DNA from: Chrysemys picta bellii
Taxonomy: Eukaryota
Length of the DNA: 64,000 bases
Reading direction: 5' to 3'
Assembly: GCF_011386835.1 (NCBI RefSeq)
Contig: NC_088791.1
Coordinates: 322,214,001 to 322,278,000 of the forward strand
Shown here: positions 1 to 12,819 of the stretch, one piece after another
Numbering within the stretch: position 1 is the first letter of the stretch
Layout of the letters: every line of letters begins with the position of its first letter
The notes under the pieces: generated by a model
Databases searched by the model: none
Seen by the model: only the letters and a program-made list of their open reading frames with translations
Told to the model about the DNA's origin: nothing
Position numbers and translations under genes: made by a program

Positions 1-1457
1 TTCCCATTTATTTTTGAATAAAAGATTTTCTGTATTTCAGCTCCAAAGATCTTCTGTGTCCCCAGAAATATGTATTTCTGTGTTCTATGTAAGGTGGCAG
101 CACCATTTTCAGCACAGAGAAGGGAGGCAGTGACTTAACAGTTTTGTGCCCAAAACCATCCATTTGCTCCTTGCTTTACTTGTTTTTGGTTTGCTGACCA
201 AAGGAGTTGCCAGGTTTTTCTTTACCATTACAGTCCAGGGAAAATGTCTCTCTTTGGAGAAGCCCGTTGTGAAGGTCACAAAGGTTAGTTCTACAAGCCC
301 TTGTAGTCTGGCCTGCTGATGCCACTGTCTGACTTACCTGCCGTTATCCTGCATTTCCCCTTAACTCACTATTGGGAAAGGGTTATGGAAACTCTAATTA
401 TGAAAGAAAACTTAGTGAGGGGAGGAGAGACAATCAAAAAAACAACTGAGAGTTCAACTCCCTTTTAATAGTGTGGGGTTCCTAAATATTTAATTTCGTT
501 CTAGAAAGCCTCAGAAAAGTTTCCAGTTTCCAATTAAATATGCACCAGTAATTTATTTTGTTACACAAAGTTTACACAACACTTATAAAACATTACTGTT
601 GGGGTTTTTGTTTTGTTTTTTTTTGAAAAAGCAAAGAGCTTACATTGATCTGTGTGTATCTAGGAGGGGTACATCTTATAAAAGAGGAGTTGGTTACCTC
701 TTAATGGATAAATACTTTCCCCATCTCAAATGTAATCATCTGGAATTTACAGTCACTCCTTCTTAATGAGGTGCAGCAGAAACAGACACATTTTCCGCAC
801 ATTCTGATTGCTCTGATTTTAGCAATTTCCTAAACCAAATAAATAAGACAGAACAGGTACTAGGAAAGCACCAGTACTCCAAGTATGAATCAACACACCA
901 TGGGCCAATTAAACTTTGGTCTAAGTGGGAAAAACTCCAATAAAATCAGGTCTATTCACACCCCATGCTGAATTTAGCCCATTGTCTTCAAACGTAGGAA
1001 GATCCAACATGAAGCCATTAAAGGTGATGGTTGGAGAACATCTGCAGAGTTTACAAAGAGAGGTCTCACTCTGCAGCCAGGGTACAAAAATAACAGTATC
1101 TGAATCTTTAAAGCCAGAGTAAGTTGCACCAGTACATCCCCTGCTTTACATAAATGCAGTGTCTCTATACGAGGCAGGGAATGTTTGCATTGGTCCAGCT
1201 ACATCAGTGTAGAAATACTGATGCAAAAACTCCTTATGCAGGCAACACCTCAAATCAACAGCTTAGAGACTGGTTATTTCTCAAAAAGCAACAGAGAAAA
1301 AATCCAAAGACCTAAATTTCTCAAATCTATCATAACACATAAAAGAGCATCACAGACACTTATCAAAACTGCTTCCAACAAAAGGACAGAAGTGAATACT
1401 AGCAACTTCCTGGCTTAAAAGAATCGTAAATAAGACCCTGAGTATAAAGAGGATCAA

Positions 1458-3249
1458 ATAAGAACATAAGAATGCTCATACTAGGTCAGACCAAGGGTTC
1501 ATCTAGCCCAGTATCCTATCTTCCAAAAGTGGCCAGGTGCCAGATACTTCAGAGGAAATGAACACAACAAGTCAAATTATTGCTTGATAAATCCACAGTT
1601 GTCCAGTCCCAACTTCTGGCAGTCAGAGGTTTAGGGACACCCAGAGAATGGGGGAGCATCCCTGACCATCTTGGCTAACAGACACTGATAGACCTATTCT
1701 CAATGAACTTATCTAATTCTTTTTTGAACCCAGTTATACTTTTGGTCTTCACAACATCCCTGACAACAACTTTCACATGTTGACTTTGCATTGTGTGAAG
1801 AAGTACTTCCTAATGTTTGTTTTAAACCTGTTGCCTATTAATTTCAATGGGTGACCCCTGGCTCTTGTCTCATGTGAAGGGATAAACAACACCTCATTCC
1901 CTTCCTTCACACCATTCATGATTTTATAGAACTCTATCATAACCCCTCCCCCCTTAATCATCTTGTTTCTAGGCTGAACAGTCGCAGTCTTTTCAATCTC
2001 TACTGTCATATGGAAGCTGTTCCATACCTCTAATCATTTTTGTGCCCTTCTCTGTACTTTTTCCAATTCTAATATATCTTTTTTTTTTTAGATGGGGCAA
2101 CCACAACTGCACGCAGTATTCAAGCTGTGGGCATATCAGGGACTTATATAGTGGCATTATGATATTTGCTGTCTTCTTATCTATCCATTTCCTAATGGTT
2201 CCTAACACTCTGTTAGCATTTGTGACTGCTGCTGCAGATGTTTTCATGGAACTATCTATCCACAATGACTTCAAGGTCTCTTTCTTGTGTGGTAACAGCT
2301 AATTTAGACCCCATCACTTTATATGTATATGTATGTATGTTGGGATTATGTTTTCCAATATGCATTACTTTGCATTTATAAACACTGAATTTCACCTGCC
2401 ATTGTGTTGCCCAGTTACCCAGTTTGGTGAGATCCGTTTGTAATTCTTCACATTCCTCTTTTGACCTAACTATCTTGAGTAGTTTTGTATTGTCTGCTTC
2501 CTCACTGCTTATCCCTTTTTCCATATCATTTATGAATACGTTGAACACCACTGGTCCCAGTACAAATATTTGGAAGACCCTGATGTTTACCTCTCTCCAC
2601 TGTGAAAACTGAACACTTATTCCTTACCCTGTTTCTTGTCTTTTAACCAGTTACTGATCCAGAAAAGGGCCTTCCTTCTTATCCCCTGACAGTTTAAGAG
2701 TCTTTGGTGAGGGACCTTGTCAAAGGCTTTCTGAAAGTCCAAGTACACTATATCCACTGGATCACCCCTGTGCACATGTTTGTTGACCCCCTCAAAGAAT
2801 TCTAAGAGATTGGTGAGGCATGATTTCACCTTACAAAAGCTGTGTTGACTCTTCCCCAACAAATCATGTTAATCTATTATCTGATAATTCTGTTATGAAC
2901 ATAAAAACATAAGAATGGCCATACTGGGTCGGACCAAAGGTCCATCTAGCCTAGTATCCTGTCTTCCGACAGTGGCCAATGTGAGGTGCCCCAGAGGGAA
3001 AGAACAGAATAGGTAATCATCAAGTGACCCTTTCCCTGTCGCTCATTCCCAGCCTCTGGCAAACAGAAGCTAAGGACACCGTCCCTGCCCATCCTGGCTA
3101 ATAGCCATTGATCATGAATTTATCTAGTTCTTTTTTGAACCCTGTTATAGGCTTGGCCTTCACAACATCTATATTTTCAACCAATTTGCCTCGTACTGAA
3201 GTTAGGTTTACTGGCCTGTATTCACCAGGATTGCCTCTGGAGCCTTTTT
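1458..3249 (-). mobile_element. 5'-truncated, decayed CR1 LINE (RT C-terminal half plus 3' UTR)
   Basis: Minus-strand ORF fragments read as CR1 RT (KSQHSFCKVKSCLTNLLEFFEGVNKHVHRGDPVDIVYLDFQKAFDKVPHQRLL; QLEYCVQLW). A (CATAAGAA)-type tail lies at about 1458-1472. The upstream RT segment (KKGSRGNPGEYRPVNLTS) resumes at 3170-3249 after a nested insert. Confidence 0.9.
2895..3169 (-). mobile_element. Second CR1 3'-end fragment nested inside the RT of the first CR1
   Basis: Repeats the same 3' UTR and tail (acataagaatggccatactgggtc...tccatctagcc) seen at 1460-1760. The host CR1 coding sequence is continuous on either side. Confidence 0.8.
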
Positions 3250-6200
3250 TATGAAAGATTTAAGAGAAAGCACCAACCTCCCAATCTTAGAACTTATGTT
3301 TCAAGTACCACCTCAAAATGTGGTTGTACTCTAGGGAGGGGGGATGGACGGGAGATATAAAAAGTGGCTTTGTGGTGATGCGTATTTATTGACTCTTAAT
3401 GACTCCATGTCAGATGTGTCCAATTTACAAATAAAGCTGTTTTTTTCTAAACTGTCAGCCCTACACACTCACCTTGGGTTCTGAAAGTCAAGCTGGGTTC
3501 TTTCCTTTTCACACATCACTTGTTATAAAGGTTCTAGATGCCAAATTCTGCCTTCAGTAACACCTTCAGTGGGTTTGCACAGGTGTAACTAATTAGAACT
3601 TAGTTATCAATTCTGTTGATGCTGAGCCCAGCTCCATGTCCCATAGCTTTGTTGGCTCTGCAGTGCTACCAGGAGTAAAAAGCAACAATAATTTGTCACT
3701 AAAATAAGCAGGTATGTCTGAATACACACAAAGAGCAGATCTAAGGTGTAAGTGGCATTTTTTACACAGTCACTTTTCAGAGTTTAAAAAAAAAAATCAA
3801 ATGCATATACATAAGAGAAATGCAAAGGACTCCAAGTGTCCACCTGAACTTCTTTAGCAGCAAGTTTAAATTTCAAATAGTAGCAATGGAGCAGGTTGGA
3901 GATGTCCCAATAACTACCCTGTAAACCCAGGCAGCTATAGAGTCAAACGGACCCCTATCGTACCTTGGTAGTAATTAAGAATAGCTACAAAAACTAAAAA
4001 GGAATGCAACACCAAATTTATCTCATCTCTTTGAAGGAACACAGAGAGGCCTGTGCACACTGGAACACCTGATGGACACAAAAATCCTTCAGCTCCCATA
4101 TAAATGCCACATGTATAACTTCGGCTTGTCACAAGTCAGCAGGCAAGAGTCAAGGTCTCTACATCATTAAAAATGTTCTGCAATGGCAGAACTATTTATC
4201 CACCCATCATACTACAATAGTATCTGAGTTTGTGGGGAGAGAGGACCAACTCAAGTGCTACAAAAGCACTGGTCCAGCTAATGTCTGAAGTTTAGGGACA
4301 CTTTGATTTTTGGATGTTGAACTCCATGCCATCTAGAGAATAAAATTCAAGGTCCGGGTGAAGGCAGCCTTACTGCCACACTCTTGTGTTCTTAAAGAGG
4401 CAGATCAGATAATGGGAAGCAAAAAAGAATGTTTTAGTTTTTAGAAGGCCCAAGAAATCTGCATTAAAACAGTCAGCAGCAGGTATGCCCACTTAAAAAG
4501 TCAGAAATCCCATTAAAGTTCGTAGCATGTTGCGGTTTAACTAGGCTAAAGTCTCGGACTGTCCAAGGTTTATCAAAAAACAAAAACAAAAACTCAGTTT
4601 TGTGAGTTAGGCCCTTACTATCATACCATTTAATGATATCTAACTGGGTCAGGGACAACCACCTTGCTACTGGTCCCTGGACCTAGCTATATAACTGTAC
4701 TGTAGATAGCACTTTAGGGCCAGAAATTTCCCCCTTCAGTAAAATGCTTAAGCACATGCTCGAATGCTTTCTGAAAACAAGGTTTTAATTAGGAAGATAA
4801 ATTCCATCATGTCTAGATGAACAGAACAAAAGGGCATAAAAATTACTACACTGAATTGCCTATGTAAACTCAAGGTGTACACAAAATTAGAATTTTTATT
4901 TAACTTAAAATTAGAGGGATACTACCAACTTATTTTATTTTTAAATTTGACAAAACGCTTTTTAAATAAAAAATATTGTAAGGATCTTTTCAAGCCTGGG
5001 TAAAGAGTTTCCAATTGTGATCATCAAGACAATTGAGTCCCTTCAGTTACATAACATTTTAGTACCTTATTGCTTCCGATATATCCAATCACTCTGTAAA
5101 TCCAGAATAGTCAAATCACTGAAACTTAGTAAATATCACTTACCACCTCACTGAACATAGTAGGGAAGGAACAGAGAAGAGACAAGAAACTTATCCGGTC
5201 AAGCCATGACAAGGCTTCATCATTTCTATCTAAGCGATATTGTTTAACTTGTAAACGGTCACCTTTGCAGCCACCTCTGAGATCAGAATTTAAACCTCAC
5301 TTAAGTGTTGTTGGTCATTACCCTTTGCCTTCAATTCTATAACAGAATATAAAATGCCCTTTTTATATTGCTATTTTTAATCTCTTACAGATAGAAATTC
5401 ACCATTGAAACCATCAGAGACCTGCTATCCTATATCTCTGAAAAGCTGCTTTTATTTTTTTATAATGCCAATACCATGTTTCCAAAAATATAAAATCTTG
5501 CCACAATTCAGGAAGCTATCAAATTAGCTGTTCATACATACCAGGCATGAGACATACCAATGCAATTTAACTTGCTTTACTAGAAACATTATAAATACAG
5601 AAATTATTCATCCAGCTGTCAAGCATTTTCAACACCAATACACATACAGACTGCCAGGTCTTCGTTTTCCACATAGAGAGAAAAAAAAAAAAAAGCCTTC
5701 TGGCAAGTATGAACTGACTGACAAAAATGGTGATGTTAATCTTTCTGAACACTCTAGATGTCCGGACTTGTACTTGCAACTGTATTAGAGGGATATGAAA
5801 TTCTAATTTATCAATTCCTTCAACTAACTAGGCTAGACAACGTGGAAAAAGTCTGATGCAATGCTAGAAATGTGATCTACGTGTATGCAAGACATTTGCT
5901 GGAGTACAATAATTTGTGAAGAGACTGGAGATTCTATACTTGGTTGACTACAAAACCAAGTATGTGATGATAAGGAACTCTGACTTCTGAGAGGGGTCAC
6001 AGATTTTTTGTTCAACAAGAACTACTGGGTTTCTGGAGGGAAAAAAGGCACAGCTAAATTAGAAAACTGGAACAGTGCAAGGCTGTTGTTGAGGATATGA
6101 AGTCCACTTCCAATTCAAATCTAACTTTCTTGTCATCAGAAAGATTCAGAATACTGTGATGATAGGGTTGGTTCTAAAACTAAGTGGGCTGACAGCCCAG

Positions 6201-6559
6201 ATTTATAGCCCACTTATCAAGCCTATGTTTGTTGTGCAAGCATTATTTATAATGTCACATGCTAGGGCTTGTTCCCAAGCTAGCTAAACATACATGCTTA
6301 ATTGACTCTACAGACAATGCTGCATTGTTGAAACTAATCTTTCTACAAGCTATAGTTTCTAAACCACAAACGCATGCTTTTTATATTTGTATATTTATAT
6401 AATCTATTTTTGTAACTGTCAATACAAAGTTTGAAGTTTACATGACATAGATGAGAGATTGTGATTTGTATACCTTTTGTATTGACATTGTTTATCAATA
6501 ATATCCAGGTTTCTGTGTAACCACATGCACTTAACATGTATTTGAACTATATTTTAAAG

Positions 6560-6972
6560 CAGTGCTTCTCAACCAGGGATACATGTTATCCTGGGGCTAT
6601 GCAGAGGTCTTTTAGGGGGTATATCAACTCCTCTAGATATTTGCCTAGTTTTACAACAGGCTACATAAAAAGCACTAGCGAAGTCAGTACAAACTAAAAT
6701 TTCATACAGACGACTTGTTTATACTGCTCTATATACTATACACTGAATTGTAAGTATAAGATTTATATTCTAATTGATTTATTTTATAATTATATGGTTA
6801 AAAATATGAAAGTAAGCTATTTTTCAGTAATATGTGCTGTGACACTTTTGTATTTTTATGTTTGATTTTGTAAGCAAGTAGTTTTTAAGTGAGGTGAAAC
6901 TTGGGGGCGGGGGTACGCAAGACAAAGACTACTGAAAGGGGAACAGTAGTCTGAAAAGGTTGAGAGCCACTG
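6560..6972. mobile_element. Non-autonomous hAT (Charlie-like) MITE, 413 bp
   Basis: TIRs CAGTGCTTCTCAACC / GGTTGAGAGCCACTG; perfect 8-bp TSD TTTTAAAG on both sides. Confidence 0.9.
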
Positions 6973-8351
6973 TTTTAAAGCATGGAGGATCTCACAGATT
7001 ATTTAATGTAACAGTTCAGACTGTCATGATAGAAGAACTCTACTAAAAAAAAAAAAAAAAAAAAAAAACCAACCAACCAGACTTTATCCTAGATTTAAAT
7101 CTCTATCATGTATCACATTACATATCATATTAGAATTTGAACAATATGAATTAGATTAAAGTAACTACTCAATGCTAGAGGTCAAAGATAGTAGGGTGGT
7201 CTAAAAAAAAAAAAAGCATTTATTTATTGGGGAGGAGGAAGAAGATGAAAGAGGGATATGAACACCAGGGAGAAGAGGAGATCTGGTCAATTAATAGTAT
7301 GTTAGAAGTATATAAAATTTACAAAAGATCCTCCATACCAACAGTAATCGGCATTTTACTAATACCATAAATATTAGATGGCATTCCAATAATCTGTTTT
7401 TCTAAGATTTGCTGAGAGCAAACCCCGATTACACAGACTCATGCTCTTCTAAGTCTACTCTTGGTAGAACGTTATTTCCTGTCCTCCAGTCTATGACCCA
7501 GTGGCATCCACTGAATCCTCTATCTAGCCCCTCAAACTCTGAATAGGAGGGTTAACTCTTCTTTCAGCAGCCCCTCCCACAACACTTTATAGTGGGAGAG
7601 CAAAGACCTTTGCAGCCAAACGGCAGGGAGTAGACCTGGCCTGAAAACATATTTTGATGAAATTTCATCAGTTTTCTGAATATCAGATCAATAGCAGCAG
7701 CAAGTGCAAAAATGTGAGTCAAACAATGAACCAATCAAACATACCTGACAGCTGCTGAATGTGTGGAGCCTCATGTTCAGACAAACACTGAATAGCCCCA
7801 TTTTGGGATTCATACAACTCTGTATTTTGTACATCTCTTTATTTGGAACCATGTATGCCTTCTGATGACATTTTACTCCTAATTATCCTTGACGAGTTAA
7901 AATAATGTGGATGTTTGTCCTTTTGCTGCTGGTTCTTGCAGTAGCCTACATGTAACAGCAGAACACGTTTTCTTTTTCTGAAGTGATGATGTCTCATTGA
8001 GATGCTGGCACTTCAAAAAGTGACATACCCAGTACATGGAATATGACTGGGAGTGTGCACAATATGGTAGGCAGTACTGAAACTGCTAAGTGAGTCACAT
8101 CTAACACTGCACTGATCAAACCCTTGCCAAAGTCTCTCATCTTATGCGTCATACAGTAACTGAAGTTACAAAACAAGCTTGTAAAACGATTTGTATAATC
8201 TCTAAAGAGAGTGTTAAATGGACAAACAGGACTAGTCTCTCTCCCTCTGACACAGGTCCATTTTCTACCTTCCTCAGTGAGGTGGCTGGCAAATTTAAAG
8301 TCCCAAAAGTATAGGAATAAGGCTTTGTGGGCATGTTATTTTCACTTCCCT

Positions 8352-8469
8352 AGGGCTGGTGTTCACTACGGGGAGATCAACACTGCTGCAATCAATGCAG
8401 CACAGTGAAGACACCGGGGTAAGTCAACCTAAGCTACATCAACTTACCCCGGTAGTGAAGACAAGCCCT
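8352..8469. mobile_element. Short MITE with 18-bp TIRs (Harbinger-like type)
   Basis: AGGGCTGGTGTTCACTAC versus the reverse complement of GTAGTGAAGACAAGCCCT (16/18). No clean TSD, so the superfamily is tentative. Confidence 0.6.
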
Positions 8470-9774
8470 CTGTAACATGTTGTACTAAGTCTTAAATACT
8501 CAGAGCAGGCAAAAAGCTTGAAGGGACATCTGATTAACCTTCCACTATCAACAGTTATTCAAGATCTCTGATGACTAGTTTCCCCAACATTCAGTTTTTC
8601 ACAGGGTACACAACAGCATTTTTCTGACAACAGATGCTCTCAAAAACAAGGGGTATTGGAAGGCTGTACTTTATAATTGCTAGCACGTCTAAGGATATTT
8701 TGTCATGAGAGCAGTTACTCGTGTTACAAGAACTTATCTTGCTCTCTAGGTCACGCCAGGATAGAGCTACTTTTAATTAATGCTTTTCTTGTGAAACAGA
8801 TACTAGAGCAGAAATAAGCTATATAACTTAATTTCTGCTGGTAGTAAATGCTGTTCCACACTCCATCTACTCTCCCATCCATCCCTAGAAATACTGCTTC
8901 AAAATGATCTTTCAAAATTCTCAGAAGATAGTCATGTCTAGTAAAACATTATTGAAACTATGCCTCTGATTGTTCATTTCTTCAGTTCTACTTCACAGGC
9001 AGAGAACCAAATAATGGCACCGAGTGTTTGTCAGCTTCAGGGGCACCACGAGAAAAGTATATGTTGAATTGAATTTGCTTTCAAACATAACTGGTCTCCA
9101 TTTCGCTTAGGGGGAGACTTCTTTGCTGATTCCCCTAAGAGTTGACACTGTATTTCAGCACATTTTTTAGAATTTACTTTGAAGCATTATTAGTGAGATT
9201 CCAAGTACCAATCTTAGTTACTAGTGTTTAACAATCCAAACAAGAGGAAAGCTGCATCTGTATTATGACCTCTCTCTTCAAAAGCCTGTTTTTATATTTG
9301 AGAAGATTTCTGTAGGATGTTATAAAACAGAATTTCAGCAAAAAATACAGGTGCAATTACTGAATCCACAGTAAAACTAGACATACCAATTAAAACAACA
9401 GCATGGGGGGGGGGGGGGAAAGGGGCTTTAAAAATAAAAAATCCTGTGACAAGATCTAGACCCCAAATGAAACCTACTTCCTCCCCATTCCCAAAATAGC
9501 TGCAGGGTAAACATAGCTCTGTTAATTTTTTAAATGTTTTAATGGCATCTATTAATTAAAAAATTAATGCCTAATTTAACACTATGAAATGATGTAAAGT
9601 GAGGAGTTTCAGTTTCAAGTTACAAGGAGAGTCTTACAAACAGTAAAACAGTAAAAAATCATGGTTTCAAATCTGTATCAATAGTTATCATCAAGTTCTA
9701 AAAGAAAAAAGAATCAAAACACTAACTGCTGGCTTTCCAGCTTGAAGCTGCAAGGCTCAGTTTTATCTATGTAC

Positions 9775-9952
9775 ATCCTATCTCCTAGAACTGGAAGGGA
9801 CCTTGAAAGGTCATCGAGTCCAGCCCCCTGCCTTCACTAGCAGGACCAAGTACTGATTTTGCCCCAGATCCCTAAGTGGCCCCCCTCAAGGATTGAGCTC
9901 ACAACCCTGGGTTTAGCAGGCCAATGCTCAAACCACTGAGCTATCCCTCCCT
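9775..9952 (-). mobile_element. tRNA-Lys-derived turtle SINE (Cry / tortoise PolIII-SINE type)
   Basis: Minus strand reads GGAGGGATAGCTCAGTGGTTTGAGCATTGGCCTGCTAAACCCAGGGTTGTGAGCTCAATCC (A and B boxes), followed by a CR1-like 3' tail (GGTCCTGC...GATGACC...GGTCCCTTCCAG). Confidence 0.9.
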
Positions 9953-9989
9953 CCAATGATGCTTGGATTTTCTGAATCATATTTAACAG

Positions 9990-10082
9990 AAGGAATTACT
10001 GGGTAAAGTTCCTTGGACCGTGTTACGTAGGCAGTCAGACTAAATGATCATAATGGTTCCTTCTGGCCTTTAAAATCTATAA
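9990..10082 (+). mobile_element. Short CR1 3'-end fragment
   Basis: gtcagactaaatgatcataatggttccttctggcctttaaaatctat resembles CR1 3' termini. Confidence 0.55.
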
Positions 10083-12759
10083 CTATTATTGGATGGTGTG
10101 TGAATCTTAGAACCAAAGAATTTCACAGAGTTGGCATTATAATCATATTTTTTCAGTCAGGAAATCTGACAAATGGAAATTATATTGTTTTTCTTAAGTC
10201 ACTTTTTCAGAGTAGAACCACACTTTAAAATTTGAATGATGTAAATGTCTTAGATTTTGCAGCATCACCCCAACTGTAGTTACTGTATATGAAGTCATAT
10301 ATTCAACAATTCATCGTAAACAATTATATGAAACTGAACTCATTCATATAGGTATATACACGTAATGCAATTAAGTCTAATTGTTAATTTTTGGAAGTAA
10401 AATTACGTGATTCTGAACTGTACTCACCCATCTTAATTGCAACATTCTTCCATCATTAAGCCCTTTGCCAGACAATGTCCTGCTGATAGCAGATTTGTTA
10501 AAACAAAGAGGCCAAAGCCAATCAGTCCAGGAACAATAAAGATGTTCAGCACAGGTTTTCCTGATTAGGGCTGGCTTAGTTACAATAACTGATAAGCGAC
10601 TCCTCAACACTACCTTATAATCCAAGATTACAGATCTCACCCTTTTGACCCTTCAATGGCTTAACCTTTTCTTTAAAAGAGAAGCCTCTTCCCTCTGTTA
10701 CTCAGAGTTCCCAAGATTTTTTTTTTTAAAGTGTTTCTCGAAATGAATTACAGAGTAATCCTGGATTTATAAACATAATAGCATCCATTTAATGATCCGA
10801 TCAGATGAAATGAATACTAAAGTCTATGAATAAATACTGGTTAAATTGTTAGATACCACACCATGTTATTCAACATTGTCAATGTCAAATATACATAAAT
10901 CAAGATATCAAAAAAACAACACTGAATTTGTTTTCAACTAACTACATAATCACAAACCAGTATCTGAATACAGATCAGACCTAAAAAGTATGTATATACC
11001 CTAAAATATTTAAAAAAAAAAAAAAACTTTATTCCTCTTTCATTACTCACCTACATGACAGCACAAATTTCCCCTGGTACAGATGACAAAATTATTACCA
11101 CCTAAAAAAGCATCACCTGCATTATTAAATGTGAAGTTTTGGCATCAACTATTGCAGGAAAAAGAACAGAACTCTGATCTGAGTGCCTCCTCTCCCCCCA
11201 CCCCACTTTCTTTCCCTCTTCTACCATGCTTCCTCCTGGAAGCAAGTAGCTTTATGCAGAGTTTACCTTGAACAGTCTGAAAACTTATGAAACTGAATCA
11301 TAGTAAAAAATAAAAAAATAAAACAAAACATATTTGTCTTAGTTCTGTCTTCTAATTAAAGTGATTGCTATTCCCGCAAAACTTTCGGAAGATTTTTCAA
11401 ATATGTTGGATTAAACAGTATTCTGAGCAAAAAAATTGCACAGTAAGGATATCTGTCCTGTAGAGGTTCCATCTGAGAGAGAGCGCGCACACACGGAGCT
11501 GTATGTTTGCCCTTCTGTTGTGAACAGAACACAGTTGAAAAACTCTGGTTTATCACGTTATTAAAGCATCCAAAGTTTACTTTAGTTTTACACAGCATGG
11601 CAGTTAAATGAAGCAGATCAGCTGGAAAAACAAGTCATACATCAGAGGAGGAATAATTGTTAAATACAGAACATCTTCATTATTTTCATTTTGGTATTCT
11701 CAAGAGTGAACCATAGCTACAGTGATTACTATGCATTTTGAGTTGAGAGCAAGAGAGATTAGGGGGAAAAAAAAGATGTCTACCAACAGTTTACAACATA
11801 CATGCACCTCTTATAGACACAGAACACTTGGACATATCTGAATGCAACGGATAAATAAAGAAGCAAAAGCCTTATTAAAGTCTCTGTAAGTAATGCTGTA
11901 TTGTATAAGCATTACACTGCATGCGATTAATATCCATTAGCACTCTGACACTGTCATCTGCAACCAGAGAGTCACATACCTTGTGGCTTCTGTTAGCTGA
12001 GCTCATTACACACACCAGCGGCTCCTTGCATTCTCCCATACCTCCACAAACTCCCTGTGTGCCAACCACCTATCGCCCTCTATTTCAGGGACTCCTTGCA
12101 CCCACCCCCCCGGTCAGGGGCTCTGTGCCACTCACTCCCCAATTCCTCCATGCCAGCCCCCCATTGTCCATTACAAGGGGCTCTTTGTACCACTTCATTC
12201 TCCTCTTCTGCCATCCATCCTCATGGCAGAGGCTCTGTTCCCCTCCCCCCATACCCTCCCTCTGCCATATACCAGGGTCCCCCATTCTCCTTCTCCCCAA
12301 CCAGTGCTGGAACTCTGTTTGTTCCCATTCTTCCCACCACTCTTATTTCTTTCCTTTCTGTCTGTGGGACAAGTCATTCAGAACATCAACACGTGAACTT
12401 TTTTGGGGAGAATGGGGAGAGCAGGGATGGGGATACTGGTATGCTAGAAGGTATTAATGGCAACCATCAACTGGTTCTTTAACTACGGACATTTAAAGAG
12501 GTTGCTGAAGATGCTGGGTCTGCTAACCAAACACAAAGGGGTCCATGTGTCCCTCCTTTTCCCCTTCTTGTTTTCTGCTTTTCACCAAAATCAATAGGGT
12601 TCTGTCCATTGATGCCTAAAACATTCCCTGAAATTTCAGAATTGATCAAATGCAGCATTCAAAAATTATTGTGTTACAGAGACATGGCTTCACTTTTCGC
12701 TGCCAAGCAGTCAACTTCTGCAGCAGAGGTAAAATAACGGTGCTATACCAAAACAACAT

Positions 12760-12760
<1 letters not shown>

Positions 12761-12818
<58 letters not shown>
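12761..12818. repeat. Compound microsatellite (CT)11(CA)18
   Basis: Read directly from the sequence. Confidence 0.97.

Positions 12819-12819
<1 letters not shown>

Noticed and set aside
338-368. Perfect CAG|GTAAGT donor with a possible 31-nt exon on the minus strand
   Set aside because: It shows no similarity to YAP1 and contains an in-frame stop. Such donors occur several times by chance in this window.
11875-12482. Cluster of 60-178 aa ORFs in a C-rich stretch
   Set aside because: Low-complexity composition, no splice structure or known domain. Possibly the interior of an old repeat, but I found no termini.
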